Assembly (NCBI GenBank): GCA_029932645.1
Contig: JAOZPR010000003.1
Coordinates: forward strand, 1-17,886
Origin: Candidatus Aenigmatarchaeota archaeon
GTDB lineage: Archaea > Aenigmatarchaeota > Aenigmatarchaeia > GW2011-AR5 > JAGGXF01
DNA: 17,886 bases
Direction: 5' to 3'
Shown: piece by piece, positions 7,299 through 14,564 of the stretch
How the letters are laid out: every line of letters begins with the position of its first letter
Position numbering within the stretch: position 1 is the first letter of the stretch
Program-made: the position numbers and the translations under genes
Notes under the pieces: generated by a model
The model's input: the letters and a program-made list of their open reading frames with translations, nothing else
The model's database searches: none
Told to the model about the DNA's origin: nothing

Positions 7299-8330
7299 TT
7301 ATCTTCTCGCCCGTTCAATAATAACAGCGACTATTATAACAATGAAACCGAGTGTTATCGAAAATATAAGACCGCCCATGCCTATCTCTGGGCTAAGAAG
7401 CATCTCGGTGGCAGACCTTGCCACTATTGTTATTGAAAACAGGAGTGCCAGTATTGTGAATAGCCTGGCCACACGCCTCTTCTCATTATAATGCAGTATG
7501 ACCTTACCCACCCACATGAGAAAACCTGCTACGAAAAAGTAATATATTGAGCCATAGACAAAACTTAGCAACACATCGAACCATATGCCGGACTCGAGAG
7601 GACGGGCGTTTAGATAACCGTATACAGAACCTATAACTATGAAAATTAACGAGATGATGTAGAGAAAGAAGCTTATCTTTCCCTTACGCAGCGCGGTTTT
7701 GAACTCGTTCAGAATCGTACCTAAAAAGCCTTCTATCTGGAACCCTTTGACAAGCAGAAACAGGCCAATAGCGCCCAAAACAAAGCGCCATCCGGCAGAA
7801 CCTAGGAAGGCAAACAAAAGCAGTGCGATAGCTGGTATGCCTAAAATGGTTCGTGACATGGCCGGGTCTTTTAAGACCTGTCTTATGAAATTTGTTATCA
7901 CATAATATGTGCTCTCAAGCTGCTGGCTCTGTTTTACAATGATCCGCTTGACAGAAATTACGTCAAGCCTGTTTTGTATTAATGGTATCACAAACTCGTC
8001 TTCTGCACCATCTGTTACCAGAACCGCTTTTTTGGCTGGAATTTTTTTTAGGGCTTTGTTGAGCTGTGATGCTATGATCTGGTCAGAATCTATGCCAACA
8101 TGCTTGTCGCCCGTGAGCGTAATAACCTCGCTGTTCTTGATGTCCTTGCTTATCTTAACAGCAGCAAAAACAGTGTTGGCATCGGAATCTTCTGGGTCTG
8201 TCAAGAGAAGCTTGTTGGCCGCTTCTAGGTTGTTCTTTATGCCTATTATTGGCCCAGCTATGTTTACCTTTTCCCCAATATCATTATCCCTGTCTACAGA
8301 TATTACCAAAATCTTTTCTGCCACATCCAC
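7299..8330 (-). CDS. DUF373 (COG2237) archaeal membrane protein
   Basis: LVISVDRDNDIGEK, DPEDSDAN, VTDGAEDE, VKQSQQLESTYY motifs, then a multi-TM C-terminus; GAGGT RBS and GTG start. Confidence 0.92.
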   Translation of the reverse strand: MDVAEKILVISVDRDNDIGEKVNIAGPIIGIKNNLEAANKLLLTDPEDSDANTVFAAVKISKDIKNSEVITLTGDKHVGIDSDQIIASQLNKALKKIPAKKAVLVTDGAEDEFVIPLIQNRLDVISVKRIIVKQSQQLESTYYVITNFIRQVLKDPAMSRTILGIPAIALLLFAFLGSAGWRFVLGAIGLFLLVKGFQIEGFLGTILNEFKTALRKGKISFFLYIISLIFIVIGSVYGYLNARPLESGIWFDVLLSFVYGSIYYFFVAGFLMWVGKVILHYNEKRRVARLFTILALLFSITIVARSATEMLLSPEIGMGGLIFSITLGFIVIIVAVIIERARR

Positions 8331-8396
8331 ACCTCATTAATACTAATACTTAATTAGTATCGCTAAGATTTAATAGTTTCTGTAAATAATATGTTT

Positions 8397-8609
8397 ATGA
8401 CCGAACTTACAATAGCCCCTATCAAGCGCCTGATAGAGAAAGCCGGAGCAAAGCGCGTGTCAAAAGATGCAGCCGAAGAGCTGGCAAAAATATTGGAGAG
8501 CAAGGCAAGAGAAATAAGCAAGAAGGCCGCTGACCTGGCAAAATATTCTGGCAGAAGGACTGTTATGAAAAAAGACATAAAACTGGCAAAAAAGGAACTT
8601 ATAAGATAG
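8397..8609 (+). CDS. Archaeal histone (HMf family)
   Basis: ELTIAPIKRL..KAGAKRVS...LA..SGRRTV..DIKLA aligns to HMfB with R10, G16, R19, R52, T54 and D59 conserved. Start is 8391 or 8397. Confidence 0.95.
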   Translation: MTELTIAPIKRLIEKAGAKRVSKDAAEELAKILESKAREISKKAADLAKYSGRRTVMKKDIKLAKKELIR

Positions 8610-8729
8610 TAATAAAATAGTAGTGCCTGCTGTGTCTGCTGCTTATGTGTGCTGGTCCTCTGTTGTTCGGTTGTTCGCCGCATTACCATTCTTTTAATAA
8701 ATTTCCGCCTTAGTTATAGCAGTGGTCAT

Positions 8730-9692
8730 ATGATAGACGAAATTATAAAGAAAATCTCTGAAAAATCCGGCACAGATGAAAAAAAAGTTAGATTGTTAAT
8801 CGAGGAAAAGGTTGAAGAGTTGTCTGGCTTGATATCAAAGGAAGGTGCTGCACACATCGTCGCAAAAGAACTTGGTGTTGATATCATAGAAAAACCAGAA
8901 AGAAAGGACTACAGGCTAAATATAGGCAGTATTGTTCCTGGTATGCGTTCTGTGGATGTTGTTGGTAAGGTTAGTTATATTTCTCCTGTGAGGGAGTTCA
9001 AAACAAACAATGCAACGGGCTGTGTAGCAAGTATATATCTTGTTGATGAGACCGGATCTATAAGGTTAAGCCTATGGAACGACGAGACAGCAGCTTTAGA
9101 TAAGGTGGATACTGGTGATACGATTCGTGTGCAGGGATATGTGAAAGACAATCGTGGTGTGCCTGAGCTTAGACTAGGAAGATATGGAAAAATCATGAAG
9201 ACAGATGAAAAAATAAATGTTGATATAGGAAGCGGACGAACATATGAAAGAAAAAATATATCTGAGCTGACTATTGGAATGCGTGCAGAAGTCCGGGCTA
9301 CTCTTGTTCAGATTTTTGAGACCAAACCTGTGTTCAAGGTCTGTCCTGTGTGTGGAAAAAGCGTCAAGAAAGAGGGCGATGAGTGGGTCTGTAAAGAGCA
9401 CGGCAAACAAGAGCCAAAACCTGTGCTTTTGTTCTCTGGCGTCATGGATGATGGAACAGGCAACATACGTGTGGTTGGATTCAGAGAAAACGCTGAAAAG
9501 ATCTTTGGCATGAAGGCGAGCGAGGCCGAAAACAAGGATATAAAAGAGCTCATAAAGAATATCCCGGTAGGCAGGGAATACCTGTTTTGTGGTCGTGTAA
9601 AAAAGAATGATTTGTTTGATAGGCTTGAGTTCATGACAGATCAGATAAAAGATGTTGTTGTTTTGGACGAGATTAATAAACTGATGGGATGA
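8730..9692 (+). CDS. rpa: Replication protein A (N-terminal helical DUF2240-like domain, OB folds, CPxC...CxxH Zn ribbon)
   Basis: SGLISKEGAAHIVAKELGV, DETGSIRLSLWN, CPVCGK...CKEHG and MDDGTGNIRV motifs. ATG 8730 is the probable start. Confidence 0.9.
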   Translation: MIDEIIKKISEKSGTDEKKVRLLIEEKVEELSGLISKEGAAHIVAKELGVDIIEKPERKDYRLNIGSIVPGMRSVDVVGKVSYISPVREFKTNNATGCVASIYLVDETGSIRLSLWNDETAALDKVDTGDTIRVQGYVKDNRGVPELRLGRYGKIMKTDEKINVDIGSGRTYERKNISELTIGMRAEVRATLVQIFETKPVFKVCPVCGKSVKKEGDEWVCKEHGKQEPKPVLLFSGVMDDGTGNIRVVGFRENAEKIFGMKASEAENKDIKELIKNIPVGREYLFCGRVKKNDLFDRLEFMTDQIKDVVVLDEINKLMG

Positions 9693-9783
9693 AATATAGA
9701 AAGGTGCGTGCAAAGGCGAAGACGTGTAAAAGCATAAAACATATTTTGATAAAATTGATAAGATATAATGGTGGGTGATGAAT

Positions 9784-10719
9784 ATGGCTGACAATCTTGA
9801 GGATCTGCCTGGTGTTGGGCCAAAGGCAGCTGAAAAACTGATAGAGGCTGGTTATACTGAGTTCATGGCAATAGCTGCAGCTTCGAGCGGCGAGATATCT
9901 GCTGCTGCTGACATAGGTGGGCAGACTGCTGAAAACATCATACAGGCTGCTCGGGAAAAATTGAAGATGGGTTTTAAGACAGCAGAAGAAATTGCTGAAA
10001 AGCGCAAGGAGATTGGTAAAATAACAACGTGCTCGAAAAGCTTGGACGAGCTCCTTGGTGGTGGTATTGAGACGCAGGCAATAACAGAGGTTCATGGCTC
10101 GTTTGGTTCAAGCAAAACACAAATGGCGCACCAGCTGGCTGTTGCTGTCCAGTTGCCAAAGGCAAAAGGCGGTATGGGTGGGTCATGTGTATACGTAGAT
10201 ACTGAAGGAACATTCAGACCAGAAAGAATAATGCAAATGGCAGAAGCGCTCGAAATGGACCCAAAAAAGACCTTAAAAAATATTTACATAGCAAGGGCAT
10301 ATAACTCAGACCATCAGGTGGTCTTGGCTGAAAAGGCAAAAGATATTATAAAAGAAAAAAATGTCAAGCTTCTGATTGTGGACTCACTCACAGCACAATT
10401 CCGATCTGACTACACTGGTCGTGGCGAACTGGCACCAAGGCAACAAAAACTGAACAGACATTTACATGCGTTGCAAAGAACTGCGGATGTTTATAATATC
10501 GCTGTTTTTGTAACAAACCAGGTCATGTCAAGACCTGACATTCTCTTTGGTGACCCGACACAGCCAATAGGCGGACATGTTTTGGCACATGCTGCGACAT
10601 TCCGACTGTACCTGAGAAAAAGTAAGGGGACAAAAAGAATTGCCAGGCTTATCGACAGTCCGTGCTTGCCTGAAGGCGAGGCCGTTTTCAACCTAACGAC
10701 AGAAGGTGTGCGGGACTGA
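9784..10719 (+). CDS. radA: DNA repair and recombination protein RadA
   Basis: N-terminal HhH ([10 protein letters not shown]), polymerisation motif [33 protein letters not shown] and IGGHVLAH; no intein. Confidence 0.97.
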   Translation: MADNLEDLPGVGPKAAEKLIEAGYTEFMAIAAASSGEISAAADIGGQTAENIIQAAREKLKMGFKTAEEIAEKRKEIGKITTCSKSLDELLGGGIETQAITEVHGSFGSSKTQMAHQLAVAVQLPKAKGGMGGSCVYVDTEGTFRPERIMQMAEALEMDPKKTLKNIYIARAYNSDHQVVLAEKAKDIIKEKNVKLLIVDSLTAQFRSDYTGRGELAPRQQKLNRHLHALQRTADVYNIAVFVTNQVMSRPDILFGDPTQPIGGHVLAHAATFRLYLRKSKGTKRIARLIDSPCLPEGEAVFNLTTEGVRD

Positions 10720-10850
10720 GTGTGCCAACAGGGTTGTAAAATTAAAAAAATATTCTGGGCATAATTGAAATATGCTTCTGATGAGATTTAGAAGGGCCTT
10801 TAAAACGAATAAGAAAGATAGAAATGAATAAGAAAGCGACAAAACGCATC

Positions 10851-11108
10851 TTAAATTATATCCTTCTCAGATATTATTACAAAATCACCGACGCTCTTGA
10901 CTGTTGAGAACGGAACCAGCATCCTGCCGTGGTCATCTCTCTCCAGATTAAGATCATTTGCATGCGGTGTTTCCTGAGCAAGAGCGATATTTAAGAGTTC
11001 CCCGCTCTCAGCAACAAATTTAATATCACCAACTACGCCGAACTTTCTTCCGGTCTCTTCAGAAACAACTATCTTACCAATTATCTCTCTTCCTCGGGCT
11101 TTAACCAT
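10851..11108 (-). CDS. PRC-barrel domain protein (CdpB-like, possible FtsZ/SepF-associated division protein)
   Basis: IIGKIVVSEETGRKFGVVGDI...SGEL...VPFSTVKSVGDFVII is a stand-alone PRC barrel; GAGGTG RBS. Confidence 0.85.
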   Translation of the reverse strand: MVKARGREIIGKIVVSEETGRKFGVVGDIKFVAESGELLNIALAQETPHANDLNLERDDHGRMLVPFSTVKSVGDFVIISEKDII

Positions 11109-11201
11109 TTTCCCACCTCTTAATTATTAACCATAAACAGAATCTTTTACATAATTTACTTAGTATAAAAATTTAAAAAGCTTTTAATTCCATCAAACGC
11201 G

Positions 11202-11687
11202 TCATGAATCAGATAAAAGACTTCTAAAAACCCTATTTGCGGTCTCGTACAGCTCTTTCATACCTCCGGAATTGTCTATTTTCATGTCTGCCTGATTTAC
11301 TAGCTTGAAAATATCATATGTCTTTTTTTCATCAAGGAGTATGTTCCTTTTTTCTGCTAGGCTGGGCTTCTTTGCAAGCAAGCGCTCTAACCTAATTTTA
11401 TCATCGCATGTAATAGCAAGTACTCGGACGGAAAAATTCTTTTTCAGCTCTTTTATCTGTGATATCTTTTTGATATCATCTATAACCACCGTGTCTGCAT
11501 CTACAGACCTGATGCGCTCTATAATTTTTTTTGTTTGGGCTTGTTCGTTTTGTTCTTTCTGGTGGCCCTCTGTAATATCTTTTATATCTTCTACAAAAAC
11601 CGTAACAACGCCTTTCTCTTTCAGAAAATTTGCCAGCGTCGTTTTTCCAACTCCCTGCTGTCCAACTAGAGCTAATGTTTTTTTCAT
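11202..11687 (-). CDS. P-loop nucleotide-kinase-like protein, shortened paralogue of the neighbouring UPF0200 kinase
   Basis: GQQGVGKT Walker A, VVIDDI, RLERL and ADMKIDNSG motifs. Confidence 0.8.
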   Translation of the reverse strand: MKKTLALVGQQGVGKTTLANFLKEKGVVTVFVEDIKDITEGHQKEQNEQAQTKKIIERIRSVDADTVVIDDIKKISQIKELKKNFSVRVLAITCDDKIRLERLLAKKPSLAEKRNILLDEKKTYDIFKLVNQADMKIDNSGGMKELYETANRVFRSLLSDS

Positions 11688-11703
11688 TTCATTGCCTCAA
11701 CAC

Positions 11704-11729
11704 AATTATACATAATAATTATACATAAT
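11704..11729. repeat. 13-bp tandem duplication AATTATACATAAT x2, each copy with the inverted repeat ATTAT-AC-ATAAT
   Basis: Read directly between the two kinase genes. Confidence 0.7.
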
Positions 11730-11747
11730 ATTAAAGATTAAGGAGTA

Positions 11748-12467
11748 TTAGAGAGCGAGTTTAGAGAAAACCCTGCCCATCTTCTTCCTGAGATCCTTTT
11801 TAGTTCCCTCATTATCTATTATATAATCTGCCTTTTTTATAACGTCACCAAGGCCCCAACTAATCTCTCTCTTGTCACGCCAATCAAACTCTTTTCTTGT
11901 TTTCATATCCCACGGGAGCCCTCTTTTTTTAAGCCGCTCAAAACGTGTCTTTGGTGCGGCTAGAATAGAAATTAACACAAATCTTTGTCCAAACTGTTTT
12001 TTGAAAAGCGCGACCTCTTGTGGACCTCTTATACCATCTATCAAGACCGTGCTCGACTTCTTGAATTTTTCTTTTATCAGTGGAACGCATTTTTTTGCAA
12101 CTATATCATACCCGTGTTTTTTTCTTAGCTTATCTGCATAGTCGCGTAAATTTTTGTTGTTCGGCTCGATTTTTTTCTTTCTCATCTCATCTTCTACAAC
12201 ATGCCGCATCACAATAACAGGCACGGATTTTTTTTCTATTATTTTTCTGACCTCTGTTTTTCCGGCGCCCGGCATACCTGTTATGGCTATGATTCTTTTG
12301 GGTTCTTTCTTTTTTTTAATTTTTTTATTTTTTCTGTGTTTTGCCTTCTTGCGCCTTTTCTTTTGGCCTTTGATGTCCTTTGTTTTACCTTTTGTTTTTT
12401 TTAGTTTTTTTATGTGAGGGTTTAACCCCATTTTCAAGCCCCCGGCCATAGTCATGCTCATAGTCAC
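11748..12467 (-). CDS. UPF0200/COG0237 (dephospho-CoA-kinase-like) P-loop kinase with Lys-rich N-terminal extension
   Basis: ITGMPGAGKT, IDGIR..E, RFERL..RG, RD.RE..WG and ADYIIDNEG motifs. Start uncertain (12467-12431); it overlaps or abuts the AAA+ stop codon. Confidence 0.88.
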   Translation of the reverse strand: MTMSMTMAGGLKMGLNPHIKKLKKTKGKTKDIKGQKKRRKKAKHRKNKKIKKKKEPKRIIAITGMPGAGKTEVRKIIEKKSVPVIVMRHVVEDEMRKKKIEPNNKNLRDYADKLRKKHGYDIVAKKCVPLIKEKFKKSSTVLIDGIRGPQEVALFKKQFGQRFVLISILAAPKTRFERLKKRGLPWDMKTRKEFDWRDKREISWGLGDVIKKADYIIDNEGTKKDLRKKMGRVFSKLAL

Positions 12468-13648
12468 GCCTTCACAAGAATTGTTTTGGCCTGTGTGCTG
12501 AGTCTGTAAACAAACGAGCGGCCACGACTCTGTCTTTCCACAATTCCGTCCTTCTTGAGTCGCTGAAGAATATTGTTAACAGACCGGAGCGCGTGCTCCC
12601 TGCTTTTGTATTTTGCCATGTCTAAAAGATTAACAATCTCCCCAGGCTTCATGTCCTTTTTGATGAGCATATTTATTATTTCTTTTTGTCTGTAAGGTAG
12701 GTTGTCTAAAAGACTGAACGAGCGCTTTTTTTCTTGTTTTTCCTTTTCAATACTTTCTAGAAACTCTGGCGTTATCAGATGAGCACCAGTCTCGGTGGCC
12801 AGGTTAACTAGCCTGTCGCAAACTCTAAGAACCTCTCTTGGAAAACCACCCGTCTTTTCATATATTTTTTCCAGCAAATCTTCTGTAAATGGGGTAGGGT
12901 AAGAACCACCAACACTCTCTATTCTTTTTTTAATCAACTCTTTTGTGTCCGCTTTCGAAAGCGAAACGAGTTCTACTCTGGTTATGATTCTCTTTTCAAA
13001 TGACTGCAACTTCATATTAAGTATCTCGTCAAATATCGGCAGCCCAGAAAGGATAATTATAATATTATCTACTTGATCGCTAAAAACGCGTAGCCACTCT
13101 AAAACCTCTATGTCTGCTTCGTGCGCCTCGTCACACAAAACAACAAGGTATTTTTTCCCGAGCTTTTTGTTCACAAAATCCGGGATTTGGTGTGGCATTT
13201 TTATGTGAGGGTTTAGCCGCAAAAAAAAGAACAGCTTCTCTATAAACGATGGCTTGAACTTTTCTTTAAAGAGCATTGCCAACTCTTCTGGTGTTTCAGG
13301 CGGTTTGCTTATAAACAATGTCAGAAAATCGTCGGAAATTTTTTTCTCAATCCATTTTAAGAACGTTGTCTTCCCAGAACCAGTAGGACCTATTATAAGT
13401 GCTAGTCTGTGTTTTTCTTCTATGTGCCTCAAAATTTTTTTGCACTGTTCGTCATAACCAACGAAAAGATTCGGATTGATGGTCAAGGTAAACGGGTTTG
13501 AACACCATCCCTGCTCCTTAAACCAGAGTGTAGATCCCACTTCTTCGGACTTTTCATCTTTTTCGTTTTTTTGTTCTTCTTTCCCGGGCGATTCTATAAT
13601 ATCTTTTGTTGTATTCGGGCTGTTCAGATTCTCTGTTTTTTCATCCAT
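12464..13648 (-). CDS. ExeA-like (AAA_22) AAA+ ATPase with C-terminal winged-helix domain
   Basis: GW..NPF N-terminal motif, Walker A GPTGSGKT, Walker B VVLCDEAH, Arg-finger region FEKRI, sensor-II TGGFPRE, and C-terminal wHTH (SVNNILQRLKKDGIVERQSRGRSFVYRL). Confidence 0.88.
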   Translation of the reverse strand: MDEKTENLNSPNTTKDIIESPGKEEQKNEKDEKSEEVGSTLWFKEQGWCSNPFTLTINPNLFVGYDEQCKKILRHIEEKHRLALIIGPTGSGKTTFLKWIEKKISDDFLTLFISKPPETPEELAMLFKEKFKPSFIEKLFFFLRLNPHIKMPHQIPDFVNKKLGKKYLVVLCDEAHEADIEVLEWLRVFSDQVDNIIIILSGLPIFDEILNMKLQSFEKRIITRVELVSLSKADTKELIKKRIESVGGSYPTPFTEDLLEKIYEKTGGFPREVLRVCDRLVNLATETGAHLITPEFLESIEKEKQEKKRSFSLLDNLPYRQKEIINMLIKKDMKPGEIVNLLDMAKYKSREHALRSVNNILQRLKKDGIVERQSRGRSFVYRLSTQAKTILVKA

Positions 13649-13650
13649 TC

Positions 13651-13670
13651 ATAACACCAAATAACACCAA
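13651..13670. repeat. ATAACACCAA x2 tandem repeat at the AAA+ translation start (contains GGTG on the minus strand)
   Basis: Exact 10-bp tandem duplication. Confidence 0.6.
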
Positions 13671-13680
13671 TGATAGCAAT

Positions 13681-13780
13681 GTTCACACCGTGTTCACATC
13701 TGTTCACGTGATGTTCACATAAGTTCACGCGACCTTCATGTGATGTTCACGCATGTTCACATGAGTTCACATGAGTTCAC
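13681..13780 (+). repeat. GTTCAC array 1 (10 units, 10-11 bp period)
   Basis: Units start at 13681, 13692, 13702, 13713, 13723, 13734 (CTTCAT), 13745, 13755, 13765 and 13775. Confidence 0.95.
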
Positions 13781-13825
13781 GTGTGTATTCGCATGAAATT
13801 TGTATTATTAACATGGTATGTATAG

Positions 13826-13840
13826 TATATAAATTTTTGG
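13826..13840 (-). promoter_or_regulatory. Putative BRE/TATA promoter of the AAA+ operon
   Basis: Minus strand reads CCAAAAA-TTTATATA, pointing through array 1 toward the AAA+ start. Confidence 0.5.
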
Positions 13841-13869
13841 GTTATAGGCCAGATAGCTGCATGCTACTC

Positions 13870-13901
13870 ATATATCATTATATATCAGTCATATATCAGT
13901 C
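13870..13901 (+). repeat. ATATATCA(GTC) x3, 10-11 bp period
   Basis: Units at 13870, 13880 and 13891; the last two are an exact 11-bp tandem. Confidence 0.8.
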
Positions 13902-13939
13902 GTGTTTATGCCCCCATAGCTAGGACGGCACAGGTATTT

Positions 13940-14102
13940 GTTCATACGTGTTCACGTGATGTTCACATAATGTTCACGCGACCTTCACGCGTGTTCACGC
14001 GCACCTAGAACAAGTTCACGTCAATTTCACATAATGTTCACGCGAGTTCACGGCGGGTTTAAATATTTCACATGGCCCATATGAAATGAATATGAAGTTC
14101 AC
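13940..14102 (+). repeat. GTTCAC array 2 (12 units, phase kept across gaps)
   Basis: Units at 13940, 13950, 13961, 13972, 13983, 13993, 14014, 14025, 14036, 14046, 14066 and 14097. Confidence 0.93.
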
Positions 14103-14118
14103 GTGAAGTTCAGCCTAA

Positions 14119-14210
14119 AATGTGAACAAATGTGAACAAAATGTGAAGTTAATGTGAAATAAGCTTCGAAATGTGAAGAAAATGTGAACAAATGTGAAGT
14201 TAATGTGAAC
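14119..14210 (-). repeat. Inverted array 3 (8 units of AATGTGAA, i.e. TTCACATT on the minus strand)
   Basis: GTGAA at 14122, 14132, 14143, 14154, 14173, 14184, 14194 and 14205. Confidence 0.93.
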
Positions 14211-14371
14211 ATTAATTCCTAGTAAATTCTTAGGAAGTAGCAAAAGAAAAAACAAATAATTATGGGTAGATTCTTATTACATGTCCATACTTTGTGAGAG
14301 ATAAGAGCAATAATCAAGGTAAAAAAAGTCTGAAAATAATAAAAAAATTTCAACAGGCTCCCAAAAGCTGT

Positions 14372-14408
14372 GTTCACGTGATGTTCACGCGTGTTCACAT
14401 CTGTTCAC
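14372..14408 (+). repeat. GTTCAC array 4 (4 units)
   Basis: Units at 14372, 14383, 14393 and 14403. Confidence 0.93.
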
Positions 14409-14564
14409 AAAACCGAAAAAACACACAAATTCTATCATTTTTTAATGAGAAAATATCACGCTAGGTGTGAGCCCAAAAAATGCTGCTATCAGCACGTTTT
14501 TACATGTTTTTGTATATTTTAGCAATTTTTTAACAAGGGCTGGCAATCCTCACAAAGCTTTGTT

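Noticed and set aside
8649..8729. N-terminal extension of RPA (likewise 1613-1651 and 5974-6018 extensions)
   Set aside because: Upstream alternative starts run through promoter-like AT-rich DNA; recognisable protein sequence begins at the later ATG.
9784..10719. Intein in RadA
   Set aside because: Length (about 311 aa) and motifs are contiguous; there is no insertion.
12464..13648. Calling the ATPase Cdc6/Orc1 or a type II secretion ExeA
   Set aside because: It lacks recognisable Cdc6 N-terminal signatures, and no secretion genes or peptidoglycan-binding domain are present; only the architecture is supported.
13681..14408. CRISPR array
   Set aside because: Repeat unit is 6 bp with 4-5 bp linkers; there are no 25-40 bp repeats, no unique spacers and no cas genes.
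13649..14564. Protein-coding repeat or canonical ORB-type origin
   Set aside because: The 10/11-bp period breaks frames and no credible ORF spans it; no TCCA...GAAA...GGGG ORB/G-string motif was seen.
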